Source: Vicinamibacterales bacterium (GTDB lineage: Bacteria; Acidobacteriota; Vicinamibacteria; Vicinamibacterales; UBA8438). Taken from it: a stretch of 64,000 nt of DNA. Both the position numbers and the translations under genes were made by a program. The stretch spans positions 6,307 through 70,306 of the forward strand of contig CBDCGH010000013.1 in the NCBI GenBank assembly GCA_965216615.1, written 5' to 3'. Positions 29,527-38,702 of the stretch are shown here, in pieces (the first letter of the stretch is position 1; each line of letters opens with the position of its first letter). The notes beneath the pieces are model-generated. The model saw only the letters and a program-made list of their open reading frames with translations, searched no databases and was not told the origin of the DNA.

Positions 29527-29564
29527 TCGCGTTCGACCGAAACGACAGATAGGCACACCACGCG

Positions 29565-29590
29565 GCCTCGCCTTCGGCGAGGCTTTTTTT
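29565..29590 (+). terminator. Intrinsic terminator of the his attenuator
   Basis: gcctcgcc-ttc-ggcgaggc followed by T7, ending 19 nt before hisI. Confidence 0.88.
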
Positions 29591-29609
29591 GTAGACAGGA
29601 ACAACGACA

Positions 29610-29942
29610 ATGGATTTCGAGAAGTTGAATGGCCTCGTTCCCGCGGTCGTTCAGGACGATGTGAGCAACGAAGTGCTGATGGTCGGCTTCATGAACGAGG
29701 AGGCGCTGGCTCGCACCAAGTCTTCCGGATTCGCCACGTTCTTCAGCCGGACGCGCAATACGCTGTGGACGAAGGGGGAGACGTCGGGCAACCGGCTTCA
29801 GGTTCGCAAGATGTTGACCGACTGTGACGACGACACGGTGCTGCTCCGCGTCGTCCGGCTCGGCGACGGCAATGTGTGTCACACGGGCGAGCGAAGCTGT
29901 TTCTATCGGACATTGGACGCAGAAACCCGGTCCGGCGACTAG
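29610..29942 (+). CDS. hisI: Phosphoribosyl-AMP cyclohydrolase
   Basis: GLVPAVVQD, FSRTR..LWTKGETSGN, DCDDD, CHTG..SCF. Confidence 0.93.
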   Translation: MDFEKLNGLVPAVVQDDVSNEVLMVGFMNEEALARTKSSGFATFFSRTRNTLWTKGETSGNRLQVRKMLTDCDDDTVLLRVVRLGDGNVCHTGERSCFYRTLDAETRSGD

Positions 29943-29966
29943 TCGGTCGCCCTGGAGCTAGGTGAC

Positions 29967-30871
29967 ATGAGTAACACGCTGAAACTTGGAATCCCCAAGG
30001 GCTCGCTGCAGGAGTCGACGGTGCAATTGCTTGCGCGAGCAGGATTCAATGTCTACGTGAGCGAGCGGTCGTACTTCCCATCGATCGACGACCCCGAGAT
30101 CGAGTGCACGTTGATACGAGCGCAGGAAATGGCTCGATACGTGGCAGACGGAGCCGTTGACGCCGGACTGACCGGGCAAGATTGGATCGCCGAGCATCGT
30201 GCCGCCACGGGCGAAGCGGTGGTGCCGATTGCAGACCTGATCTACTCGAGGCAGAGCTTCCGAAAAGTCCGCTGGGTCCTGGCCGTTCCAGAGGGGTCGG
30301 CTTATCAGAAGCCGCAGGACCTCGAGGATGCGACGATTTCGACTGAATTGGTGCGCGCGACCGAGGCCTACTTCGGGGCGCTGAACGTCAAGGTCAATGT
30401 CGAGTTCTCGTGGGGCGCGAGTTCTCGTGGGGCGCGACCGAGGTGAAGCCGCCGCGCCTCGCCGATGCCATCGTCGAAGCAACCGAGACCGGCTCAACGC
30501 TGCGCGCGAATCACCTGCGAATCATCGACACCGTTCTGGAATCGAATCCACAACTGATTGCCGGTCAGGCCGCGGTCGCCGATCAGTGGAAGAAGGAGAA
30601 GCTCGACAACATCGCGCTGTTGCTCAAGGCGGCCATCGAGGCACAGGGTCGCGTCGGGCTCATGCTCAACATCGAGCGTCGCAATCTGGACACCCTACTC
30701 GAGCTGCTGCCGGCCCTCCAGAAGCCCACTGTGGCGCCGCTCAGCGAGGACGACTGGGTCGCGGTCACGACGATCCTCGAGGAGCGAACCGTCAGGGAGC
30801 TGATTCCCAAGCTCAAAGCCGCGGGTGGGCAGGGCATCGTGGAGTATCCCCTGAACAAGATCGTACGGTGA
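29967..30871 (+). pseudogene. hisG: ATP phosphoribosyltransferase (long form), frameshifted by a 17-bp duplication
   Basis: GIPKGSL...DAGLTGQD in the first ORF; [23 protein letters not shown] and PTVAPL in the second. cgagttctcgtggggcg x2 at 30401-30434. Confidence 0.9.
30401..30437. repeat. Perfect 17-bp tandem duplication in hisG
   Basis: cgagttctcgtggggcg|cgagttctcgtggggcg|cga. Confidence 0.92.
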
Positions 30872-30878
30872 GCGCGCC

Positions 30879-32114
30879 ATGAAAATTATCGATTCGTCGA
30901 ACCGACGCGCGGTCAGTCGCCTCGTCGACCGACAGCAAGGATCGGATCCCACGGTCGCGACGCGTGTTGCCCGCATCGTCGGGGCGATCCGGCGGCGCGG
31001 AGACCGAGCGCTGCTCGAATACGCGAAGCGATTCGACGGCGTCGACGGGACGATCGAGATTCCGCGCCGCGACATCGAAGCCGGCGCGCGCGACGCACCG
31101 CCCGCTGTGCGCCGGGCGATCAAGACCGCGGCTCGGCATATCCGTCGGATTGCCTCGCGGCAAGTGCCACCCGGATGGAAGTGCCAGGTGACCCCCGGAG
31201 TCGTCGTCGAGCAACGCGTGACGCCGCTCGACGCGGTTGGGTGCTATGTCCCGGGCGGGCGCTACCCCTTGCCATCGTCGCTACTCATGACGGCGATTCC
31301 TGCCCGCGTGGCCGGCGTTCGTGAGATCGTCGCCGCGTGTCCGCGCCCTGAGCCGAACGTGCTCGCTGCGGCGCTCGAGGTCGGCGTCACCCGTTTGTTT
31401 CAGATGGGTGGTGCCCATTCGATCGCGGCCCTGGCGTATGGAACGGAGACGATTCCCAAGGTCGACAAGATCGTGGGGCCTGGCAACGCCTATGTGGCCG
31501 CAGCCAAGACCCTGGTGTCGGCCGAGTGTCCGATCGACTTCACGGCGGGGCCGAGCGAGATCGTCACCGTTGCCCGGCGGGGAAACCCAGACTGGATCGC
31601 CGCGGACCTCGTGGCGCAAGCGGAGCACGACCCGGATGCACGAGCGATTCTGATCACTCCCAGTGCACAGCTAGCGAGAAAGGTCGCTCGCGCAGTCGAG
31701 CGGAGACTCGAGGAGCACGACGCGGCCCGGGCATCCATTGCGCGAAACGGTGTCGCCGTCGTCACCGACAACCTCGACCAGGCCATCACCCTGGTCAATC
31801 GGATCGCACCGGAGCACGCGGTCTGCGACTCCGAGGCGGTGGCGCGACGCCTGCACCACGCCGGCACGGTGTTCGTGGGGCCCTACAGCGCCCAAGCGGC
31901 GGGAGACTACGCGACGGGCTCCAACCATGTGCTCCCGACGAGCGGCGCCGCGCGGTTTCGCGGTGGCCTCAGCGCTACCGACTTCGTGCGAATCCACAGC
32001 GTCCAACGGCTGACCGAGGGGGGCCTGAGGCGACTCGCACCAACTGTCATCTCGCTTGCCAATGCCGAAGGGCTCAGCGCGCACGCCGCGTCGGTTGCGA
32101 CGCGGGTGGAGTGA
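30879..32114 (+). CDS. hisD: Histidinol dehydrogenase
   Basis: GCYVPGG, GPGNAYV, AGPSE, AQAEHD, GDYATGSNHVLPT. Confidence 0.95.
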   Translation: MKIIDSSNRRAVSRLVDRQQGSDPTVATRVARIVGAIRRRGDRALLEYAKRFDGVDGTIEIPRRDIEAGARDAPPAVRRAIKTAARHIRRIASRQVPPGWKCQVTPGVVVEQRVTPLDAVGCYVPGGRYPLPSSLLMTAIPARVAGVREIVAACPRPEPNVLAAALEVGVTRLFQMGGAHSIAALAYGTETIPKVDKIVGPGNAYVAAAKTLVSAECPIDFTAGPSEIVTVARRGNPDWIAADLVAQAEHDPDARAILITPSAQLARKVARAVERRLEEHDAARASIARNGVAVVTDNLDQAITLVNRIAPEHAVCDSEAVARRLHHAGTVFVGPYSAQAAGDYATGSNHVLPTSGAARFRGGLSATDFVRIHSVQRLTEGGLRRLAPTVISLANAEGLSAHAASVATRVE

Positions 32115-32120
32115 CACACT

Positions 32121-32708
32121 GTGAGACGAGCGACAATCACACGACAGACGACGGAGACGCAGATCGACCTGCGGCTGGTACTCGATGGACGTGGGCGATA
32201 CGACGTGCACACCGGCATCCGCTTTCTCGATCACATGCTGGAGCTGGTGGCCCGGCACGGGCTCTTCGATCTCAAGCTCGCCGTTGAGGGCGATCTAGAC
32301 GTCGACCAGCACCACACAGTCGAGGATGTGGGCATCGCGCTCGGCGCGGCCGTCAGCGAGGCTCTCGGCACTCGACGCGGAATCAACCGAGCTGGCTATT
32401 TCGTGATGCCCATGGACGAGACCCTCGGGGTCGCGGCCATCGACTTGAGCGGGCGCGTGTATGCCGTGGTCGACCTCAAGCTGCGCGTGCGACGCGTCGG
32501 TGACCTCCAGGCCGAGCTGATTCAGGACTTTTTTGAGGGATTCGCCCAAGGCGCTCGGGCCAACGTCCACCTCAAAGTGCTCTATGGACGGTCGAGTCAT
32601 CATCAGGTTGAGGCGCTCTTCAAGGCGTTTGCGCGAGCGCTCCGCGTGGCCTGTTCGCGCGACCGGCAACTCGGCAAGGCCCTGCCCAGCACGAAGGGAC
32701 TACTGTGA
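32121..32708 (+). CDS. hisB: Imidazoleglycerol-phosphate dehydratase (monofunctional)
   Basis: [36 protein letters not shown]. Confidence 0.95.
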   Translation: MRRATITRQTTETQIDLRLVLDGRGRYDVHTGIRFLDHMLELVARHGLFDLKLAVEGDLDVDQHHTVEDVGIALGAAVSEALGTRRGINRAGYFVMPMDETLGVAAIDLSGRVYAVVDLKLRVRRVGDLQAELIQDFFEGFAQGARANVHLKVLYGRSSHHQVEALFKAFARALRVACSRDRQLGKALPSTKGLL

Positions 32709-33325
32709 TCGCGCTCATCGACTACGGCGCCGGCAACCTGACGTCGGTCCGCAAGGCACTCGGACACCTCGGTGCTCGGTTCGTCGCGCCGCCAGGTCCA
32801 GAGGCGCTCGAGACGTGCTCCGGCATCATCGTGCCGGGTGTTGGAAACTTCGAGGCGACCCAGGCGCTCACTCCCCAGTGGACGGGCGCCATCAAGGCCG
32901 CGGTCGAGCGCGACGTTCCGATGCTCGGCATCTGTCTTGGATTGCAGTGGCTTTTCGAGGGCAGTGAAGAGGCGCCGCAGGTAGCTGGCCTCGGCGTTGC
33001 CAAGGGCAGGTGTGCGCTCATTCGAACGAACGGCGAGAGATTGAAGGTGCCCCATGTCGGATGGAATAGTCTGAGTCTCAAGAAGTCGTCCTGGTTGCTC
33101 GACGGCGTACACGAGGGCGATCAAGTGTATTTCACCCACTCATATGCCGCGCCGATCACGAGCGACTGCCTGGCGACAACGACCTACGGAGTCGAGTTCG
33201 CCAGCGTCGTCGGTCGCGGCAGCTTGGCCGGCGTTCAGTTTCATCCGGAGAAGTCCGGTGAGGTTGGTCTCACGATTCTTCGGAACTTTCTGAAAAGAGT
33301 GGACGCCATCACCCGTGCTCTCTAA
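32705..33325 (+). CDS. hisH: IGP synthase glutaminase subunit
   Basis: [26 protein letters not shown]. Confidence 0.95.
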   Translation: MIALIDYGAGNLTSVRKALGHLGARFVAPPGPEALETCSGIIVPGVGNFEATQALTPQWTGAIKAAVERDVPMLGICLGLQWLFEGSEEAPQVAGLGVAKGRCALIRTNGERLKVPHVGWNSLSLKKSSWLLDGVHEGDQVYFTHSYAAPITSDCLATTTYGVEFASVVGRGSLAGVQFHPEKSGEVGLTILRNFLKRVDAITRAL

Positions 33326-34076
33326 GCGAATCATCGCGTGCCTTGACGTGCGTGACGGATGCGTCGTCAAGGGCATTAACTTCGAGGGCCTTCGCAACGC
33401 CGGCGATCCGGCCGAGCTCGCCGCACGGTACAACCGGGAAGGCATCGACGAAGTCGTGATCCTCGATGTCACAGCGACCATCGAGAAACGAAAGGCGCTG
33501 GAAGACACGATCCAGGCGGTCGCTCAGGAGATCTTTCTCCCGCTGTGTGTTGGCGGCGGTATCCGGGACGAGCGCCACGCCGAGGCAGCCATCGAGGCCG
33601 GAGCCGACAAGGTGAGCCTGAACACCGCGGCGATCGCGCACCCGGAGCTGATCACCTCACTGGCCAGCCGGTACGGGAGCCAGGCCGTGATCGTCGCGAT
33701 CGATGCGAAGCGCGAGCACGGTCGTTTTGGCATCTACGTTCGGAGCGGTCAGCAGTCGACCGAGCGTGACGCGGTGGAGTGGGCGCGTGAAGCTGCCGAC
33801 CGAGGCGCCGGTGAGATCCTGCTGACCTCGATCGACCGCGATGGCACGAAGCGCGGTTTTGACTGTCCGCTGACCGCGGCGGTCTCGGATGCGGTACCGA
33901 TCCCGGTGATCGCGTCTGGCGGCGCCGGAACATTCGACCACTTCGTGGACGTGTTCACCGCCGGCCGCGCCGATGCGGCGCTGGCCGCGTCCATCTTCCA
34001 CTACTCCGAGCACGCCGTGGCCGATCTCAAGCAGCATCTTCACGAGCGCCAGATTCCGGTCCGACTGACTCCATGA
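33315..34076 (+). CDS. hisF: IGP synthase cyclase subunit
   Basis: [39 protein letters not shown]. Confidence 0.96.
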   Translation: MLSKRIIACLDVRDGCVVKGINFEGLRNAGDPAELAARYNREGIDEVVILDVTATIEKRKALEDTIQAVAQEIFLPLCVGGGIRDERHAEAAIEAGADKVSLNTAAIAHPELITSLASRYGSQAVIVAIDAKREHGRFGIYVRSGQQSTERDAVEWAREAADRGAGEILLTSIDRDGTKRGFDCPLTAAVSDAVPIPVIASGGAGTFDHFVDVFTAGRADAALAASIFHYSEHAVADLKQHLHERQIPVRLTP

Positions 34077-34098
34077 CGCTTCTCGATCGACGACCGTC

Positions 34099-34776
34099 AT
34101 GCTGATTCCTTCCATTGATCTCAAGGGTGGGCAAGTCGTGCAGCTGATTCAGGGCGAACGCACCGCCATTGCGAGCGATGACATCGAGTCGTGGGTCGAG
34201 CGGTTTCAATCATTTCCTAAGGTCCAGCTGATCGACCTCGACGCCGCGATGGGCGCGGGCTCCAACGATCACATCGTTCGCCACGTCGCGTCGCGGCTCC
34301 CATGCCGCGTTGGCGGGGGCATTCGCACGATCGCGCGGGCGCGCGACGTGCTCGACTACGGCGCCACGGCGATCATCGTGGGATCGTCGCTCTTCCGCGA
34401 TGGACGCGCCGACCTCGATTTCGCGAGTCGCCTGGCCGAAGCCGTCGGGGTCGAACAGGTCATCGCCGCCGTCGACAGCAAGGCTGGCCGAGTCGTCGTG
34501 AAGGGCTGGAAGGAGTCAATCGACCTCAAGGCCACCGACGCGGTTCGTGCGCTTGAACCGTACTGCGCGGAGTTCCTGTACACCCACGTCGATACAGAGG
34601 GACTCATGCAAGGCACCGACCTCGATGCGATTCGCGCAGTCAGTCGGTCAACCAAACGACGCCTCACGGCTGCCGGAGGCATCACGACCCACGCGGAGAT
34701 CGACCTGCTCAATCAGGAGGGCATCGATGCCGTCGTCGGCATGGCCATCTACACCGGCCAGCTCACGATCGACTAG
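34099..34776 (+). CDS. hisA: ProFAR isomerase
   Basis: IPSIDLKGGQVVQL, LIDLDAA, VGGGIR, THVDTEG, AAGGI. Confidence 0.88.
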   Translation: MLIPSIDLKGGQVVQLIQGERTAIASDDIESWVERFQSFPKVQLIDLDAAMGAGSNDHIVRHVASRLPCRVGGGIRTIARARDVLDYGATAIIVGSSLFRDGRADLDFASRLAEAVGVEQVIAAVDSKAGRVVVKGWKESIDLKATDAVRALEPYCAEFLYTHVDTEGLMQGTDLDAIRAVSRSTKRRLTAAGGITTHAEIDLLNQEGIDAVVGMAIYTGQLTID

Positions 34777-34810
34777 GTCCAGCCACGCCACCACGCGAGC
34801 GCGAGCCTGG

Positions 34811-36112
34811 GTGTGGGGCTTGGCCCGACTCGCGGTGCGAGTGTTCTACCGGGTCGAACGCCTGGGTGATGCCTTACCCGACGGCGCGCTGCTCCTGGTT
34901 GCGAACCATCCGAACGCCCTCCTTGATCCCGCGATCGTCGAGGCAACAGCGGGCCGACCTGTCCGTTTTCTGGCCAAGTCGACGCTGTTTCGTGGACACC
35001 CGCTCGGATTTCTGATCCGCCGATCGGGCGCCATTCCGGTGTACCGCCGGATGGACGCGGGCGTCGACACGACTCGGAACCGGGAGATGTTCAGCGCGGT
35101 CGAGACTGCGCTCGAGCATGAGGACGCGGTTTGTCTATTCCCGGAGGGCATCAGTCACGACCGGGGCCGCTTGGAGCCGCTCAAGACCGGTGCCGCGAGG
35201 ATGGCACTCGAAAGTACCTCGCACGGGCATCCGGTATCAATCGTGGCTGTCGGCCTCAACTTCGAGCACCTCGTCGCGTTCCGTTCACGCGCGACAGCCG
35301 TCTTCGGCCGGCCGTTCGGCTGCGACGACCTCGTCGAATCGTACGGCACCGATCCGAAAGCCGCCGTGAACGAGCTGACCGGTCGCATCGGCGAGCACCT
35401 CAGGCGATTGATGATCGAAGCCGACCCACGGCGCGACCTGCCGGTGGTGACCCGCGTCGATCGGCTGTACGCGTCGGCGCGGGGGGCAGCTCGTGGGCCC
35501 GAAGCTCGCATCGCCCGTCGACGTCTCATCGCCAAGGGCATCGAGCACCTGCGGGCGCATGATCCTGATCGACTGGAACAGCTACTCTCGTGGGTACGCG
35601 AATACGACGCCAACCTCACGCGCTTCGGGTTGCGCGAGCAGGATGTCGATCAACGGTTCCCGGTCGGTGAGACGTGGCGGTGGGCTGCGCGGGAGCTGCT
35701 TCTCGCCCTGGTTCTCGGGCCGATCGCGGCGGTGAGCGTGCTCGTCTTCGCCCTTCCCTACTGGCTATCCGGACGCTTGAGCCGGTTGGCGCCAGACCTC
35801 CCGAGTCGCGCAACCTGGAAGGTCGCGGCCGGCGTGGTGACCTACGGCATCTGGGTTGGGGTACTGGCCGGCCTCGTCGCCGTTCGGGCTGGCATTGGAA
35901 CTGGTATCGCGTTCGCGACCGGCCTGACGATACTCGCGTTCGCTGGGTTGGTCGCCTTCGAGCGCGAGGCGGCGGTGGGACGAACGATCGGGGCGTTCCT
36001 TGCGGTGCGTCAAGCCCCGCTCGGGGCGCTCGCACGGCTCAGGCGCCAGCGCGCAGCGTTCGCGGACGTACTCGATCAGGTCGCGGAGTGGTTGCGGGAA
36101 CGCCAGAAATAG
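34811..36112 (+). CDS. Glycerol-3-phosphate/lysophospholipid acyltransferase family membrane protein (start approximate)
   Basis: NHPNALLD, FLAKSTLF, FPEGISH, KTGAAR, C-terminal TM helices. Confidence 0.85.
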   Translation: MWGLARLAVRVFYRVERLGDALPDGALLLVANHPNALLDPAIVEATAGRPVRFLAKSTLFRGHPLGFLIRRSGAIPVYRRMDAGVDTTRNREMFSAVETALEHEDAVCLFPEGISHDRGRLEPLKTGAARMALESTSHGHPVSIVAVGLNFEHLVAFRSRATAVFGRPFGCDDLVESYGTDPKAAVNELTGRIGEHLRRLMIEADPRRDLPVVTRVDRLYASARGAARGPEARIARRRLIAKGIEHLRAHDPDRLEQLLSWVREYDANLTRFGLREQDVDQRFPVGETWRWAARELLLALVLGPIAAVSVLVFALPYWLSGRLSRLAPDLPSRATWKVAAGVVTYGIWVGVLAGLVAVRAGIGTGIAFATGLTILAFAGLVAFEREAAVGRTIGAFLAVRQAPLGALARLRRQRAAFADVLDQVAEWLRERQK

Positions 36113-36121
36113 CCGGCCGCC

Positions 36122-36943
36122 CTACGCCCCGAGCTTGGCTGCGAGATCGACGAAGTCGGTGGCCACGATATCGAACGCCGGATCGGGTGGATCCGCCTCT
36201 CGGTCGGGCCCGCTCTCCAAGGGTCTCGGCACATACGCCGTCCGGAACCCCACCTCGGCCGACGCACGCAGGTCGCCTACGTGGGCCGCGACCATCATGA
36301 CCTCTTCCGGCGCGAGTCCGAGCAGATCCGCCGCCTTCGCATACACGCGGGCGTCGGGTTTGTACGTTCCGGCCAGCTCGGCCGACAGCACCGCGTCCCA
36401 CGGCAGCCCGGCACGCTTGGCCATGTTCACCAGCAGCGCGACGTTGCCGTTGGACAGCGTTGCCAGCACGAACCGGGTCCGCAGTCTTGTCAGCCCGTCG
36501 ACCGCGTCCGGCCAAGGATCGAGCCGGTGCCACACCCTGTTCAGGTCGTCGAGCTCTGCCTCGCCCAGCCCGTCCAAGCCAAAGCGTGGAACGAGCGAAT
36601 CGAGAATCATTCGGTGGAGATCGTCGATGATGGTCCACGGCAGCTCTCCGCTTCGAACGCGGCCCATGGCCAGTGGATATCCGGCGCGCCACGCATCGGC
36701 GAACGCCGGCCAGTCGACGGTCAATTGCTTGCGGCGACCCAGTTCTTGACCCTCGCGAATGATGGTCGACCGCCAATCGACAACCGTCCCGAACACGTCG
36801 AACGTGAGGGCGCGCACGCCCCGAACCCGATCCGGAAGTTGCATGAGACCACTACCCATCGACCTTAACCCGGGTGACATACCCAGCATGGCGGGCGTCG
36901 ACGCTGCGGTAGCCAAGAACCCCCGCCTCGTCCGATTAGTCAT
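36122..36943 (-). CDS. Haloacid dehalogenase type II with a Tat-like leader
   Basis: FDVFGTVVDW, TLSNGN, YKP, MVAAH..DL. N-terminus MTNRTRRGFL. Confidence 0.85.
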   Translation of the reverse strand: MTNRTRRGFLATAASTPAMLGMSPGLRSMGSGLMQLPDRVRGVRALTFDVFGTVVDWRSTIIREGQELGRRKQLTVDWPAFADAWRAGYPLAMGRVRSGELPWTIIDDLHRMILDSLVPRFGLDGLGEAELDDLNRVWHRLDPWPDAVDGLTRLRTRFVLATLSNGNVALLVNMAKRAGLPWDAVLSAELAGTYKPDARVYAKAADLLGLAPEEVMMVAAHVGDLRASAEVGFRTAYVPRPLESGPDREADPPDPAFDIVATDFVDLAAKLGA

Positions 36944-37004
36944 GCAGTTGCTCGACTCGCCATTTGGGACAGCATATCCCCCGGGTAACCGGCGAATCAA
37001 TACA

Positions 37005-37398
37005 TCACTCTGTAATGGCGATGGAACCGGTGAGGCTAGCGTTCGTCGGGTTGATATGGTCGTGGAACTGGCAGGTCTCTGCGCGAACGAAATTGCCGGT
37101 CTCACGTGTCTCACCGGGCCGCAGGTAGCCGACTTGATTAATCGCAGGGCATTCGAGGTGCGTAGGATGCTGGTTCGACGACATGTCGTGATCGACGGAA
37201 TCGTCGTTCGTGAACACGACCCGTTCGCCCACGCGAATCTGCACGGTTTGCGGATCTGCGCCTGTCGCGGTGATCGTGATTGTGTTCGACGAGCCGCCCC
37301 CCCCGGGGCGCGACGGGCGAATCCTTCGAGCACGCACTGGTCATCGCCATGACCAGAATCCCGCTCGATGCCAAGACGAGTCGGAGGCAAGTACCCAT
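37005..37398 (-). pseudogene. Cupredoxin-like lipoprotein, frameshifted at a G8 tract
   Basis: Lipoprotein leader (...MTSAC) in ORF 37138..37398; cupredoxin-like body (PQTVQIRVGERVVFTN...H...FHDH) in ORF 37005..37337. The shift falls at the C8 run 37297-37304. Confidence 0.7.
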
Positions 37399-37422
37399 CG
37401 CTAGAACTCTCTTTCAGAAGGC

Positions 37423-38682
37423 CTACACGAAGTCGACACTCGAGTTCCTGAAATCCGATCCAAGGAGCCCGATCGAGCTCGCCCCCAGCCAATCGTCAAT
37501 GACGCGGGCATACACCGACCTGAAATCGGTTTCGTGCGTGACGTCACGACCGCTGTTCTCGAGCGTCGGGTTGTCAGGCGTGTCGACCAGCGACGCTGCC
37601 GTTCCGTAAAGCCCACCGCCCACTCGCCCACCGAGCGCCATCATCAATCCGGCCGCGCCGTGGTCCGTGCCTAGGCTACCGTTCTCACTCACCCGTCGAC
37701 CGAACTCCGAGAACTGCAGGACCATCGTGCTGTCGAACAGGCCATGGCTGGTCAGGTCGTTTCGAAAAGCTAGGACGGCCTGGTCAAGCGTCGACAGGAG
37801 GTCAGCGTAGCGGCCAGTCGCCGTGTCCTGAGCCGCGTGTGTGTCGAAGCCGCCCGTCTGTACCCAGAACACCTGCGTACCCACCTGGGTCACCATCGCG
37901 CCGGCCACCGCGCGGAGCGCCTGGCCAAGTCCGCTATCGGGATATTCGACCGCGGGAGTGTAGTCAGCCACCAGGGCCACCCGATCTAGCGTTGCCAGCG
38001 CCGCCTGGGTTGTCGAGTTCACAAACGCGAGATGCGGGTTCGTAGGTGGTAGGTGAGACGAGATCTCCGCGGCTGCCGCCTTGGAGTACTCCCCTTGTGC
38101 GTCGCTGTCCGGGCTCGCAAACGCGTACGTCGCCGGGTTCGGAATGGAGGGGACGCCCACGGTGGCAGCCTGGAGTGTCCGGGGGAGCTGCCCGACCGTG
38201 TTCCACGCAACCAACGGATCGACAGGAGACGGGAGCGTATCGAGGTAGCGGCCTAGCCAGCCGATACCCTGAGGGGCGCCAGGATCGGCCGTCGACAGGA
38301 TGTCGGTCCCACGGAAGTGAGACCGGCTCGCATTGGCGTAGCCCGTTCGCTGAATGATGGCGACCTGGCCGGCGTCGAACATCGACTTGAGTCCGCCGAG
38401 GCTGGGATGCAACCCGAGCGCCGCGCCGCTGGCGTCCGCGCCAACCTGAAGCACACTAGACGCAGCAACTGCTTGCGTCGGTCGGCGGCTGTAGTACGCA
38501 TCGTCGGTATAGGGCACCAGAAAACTCAGCGCGTCGTTCCCGCCGCCCAGGTACAGGACGACGAGCGACCGGCTCGACATACTCTGTGCCTGTGCGAGAT
38601 CGGTCAGGAACCGCGGGGCGGCGAAGCCCAGCGTGAAGGCCGTGACCCCGTTCTTGAAAAATGATCGTCGTGTCATGCGCAT
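37423..38682 (-). CDS. DUF1501 family protein (Tat signal)
   Basis: TRRSFFK, LYLGGGNDAL, SRSHF, GGFDTH, SEFGRR..EN...GTDHG. Confidence 0.9.
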   Translation of the reverse strand: MRMTRRSFFKNGVTAFTLGFAAPRFLTDLAQAQSMSSRSLVVLYLGGGNDALSFLVPYTDDAYYSRRPTQAVAASSVLQVGADASGAALGLHPSLGGLKSMFDAGQVAIIQRTGYANASRSHFRGTDILSTADPGAPQGIGWLGRYLDTLPSPVDPLVAWNTVGQLPRTLQAATVGVPSIPNPATYAFASPDSDAQGEYSKAAAAEISSHLPPTNPHLAFVNSTTQAALATLDRVALVADYTPAVEYPDSGLGQALRAVAGAMVTQVGTQVFWVQTGGFDTHAAQDTATGRYADLLSTLDQAVLAFRNDLTSHGLFDSTMVLQFSEFGRRVSENGSLGTDHGAAGLMMALGGRVGGGLYGTAASLVDTPDNPTLENSGRDVTHETDFRSVYARVIDDWLGASSIGLLGSDFRNSSVDFV

Positions 38683-38702
38683 TGGTCGACTCTCCAAGAA
38701 AC

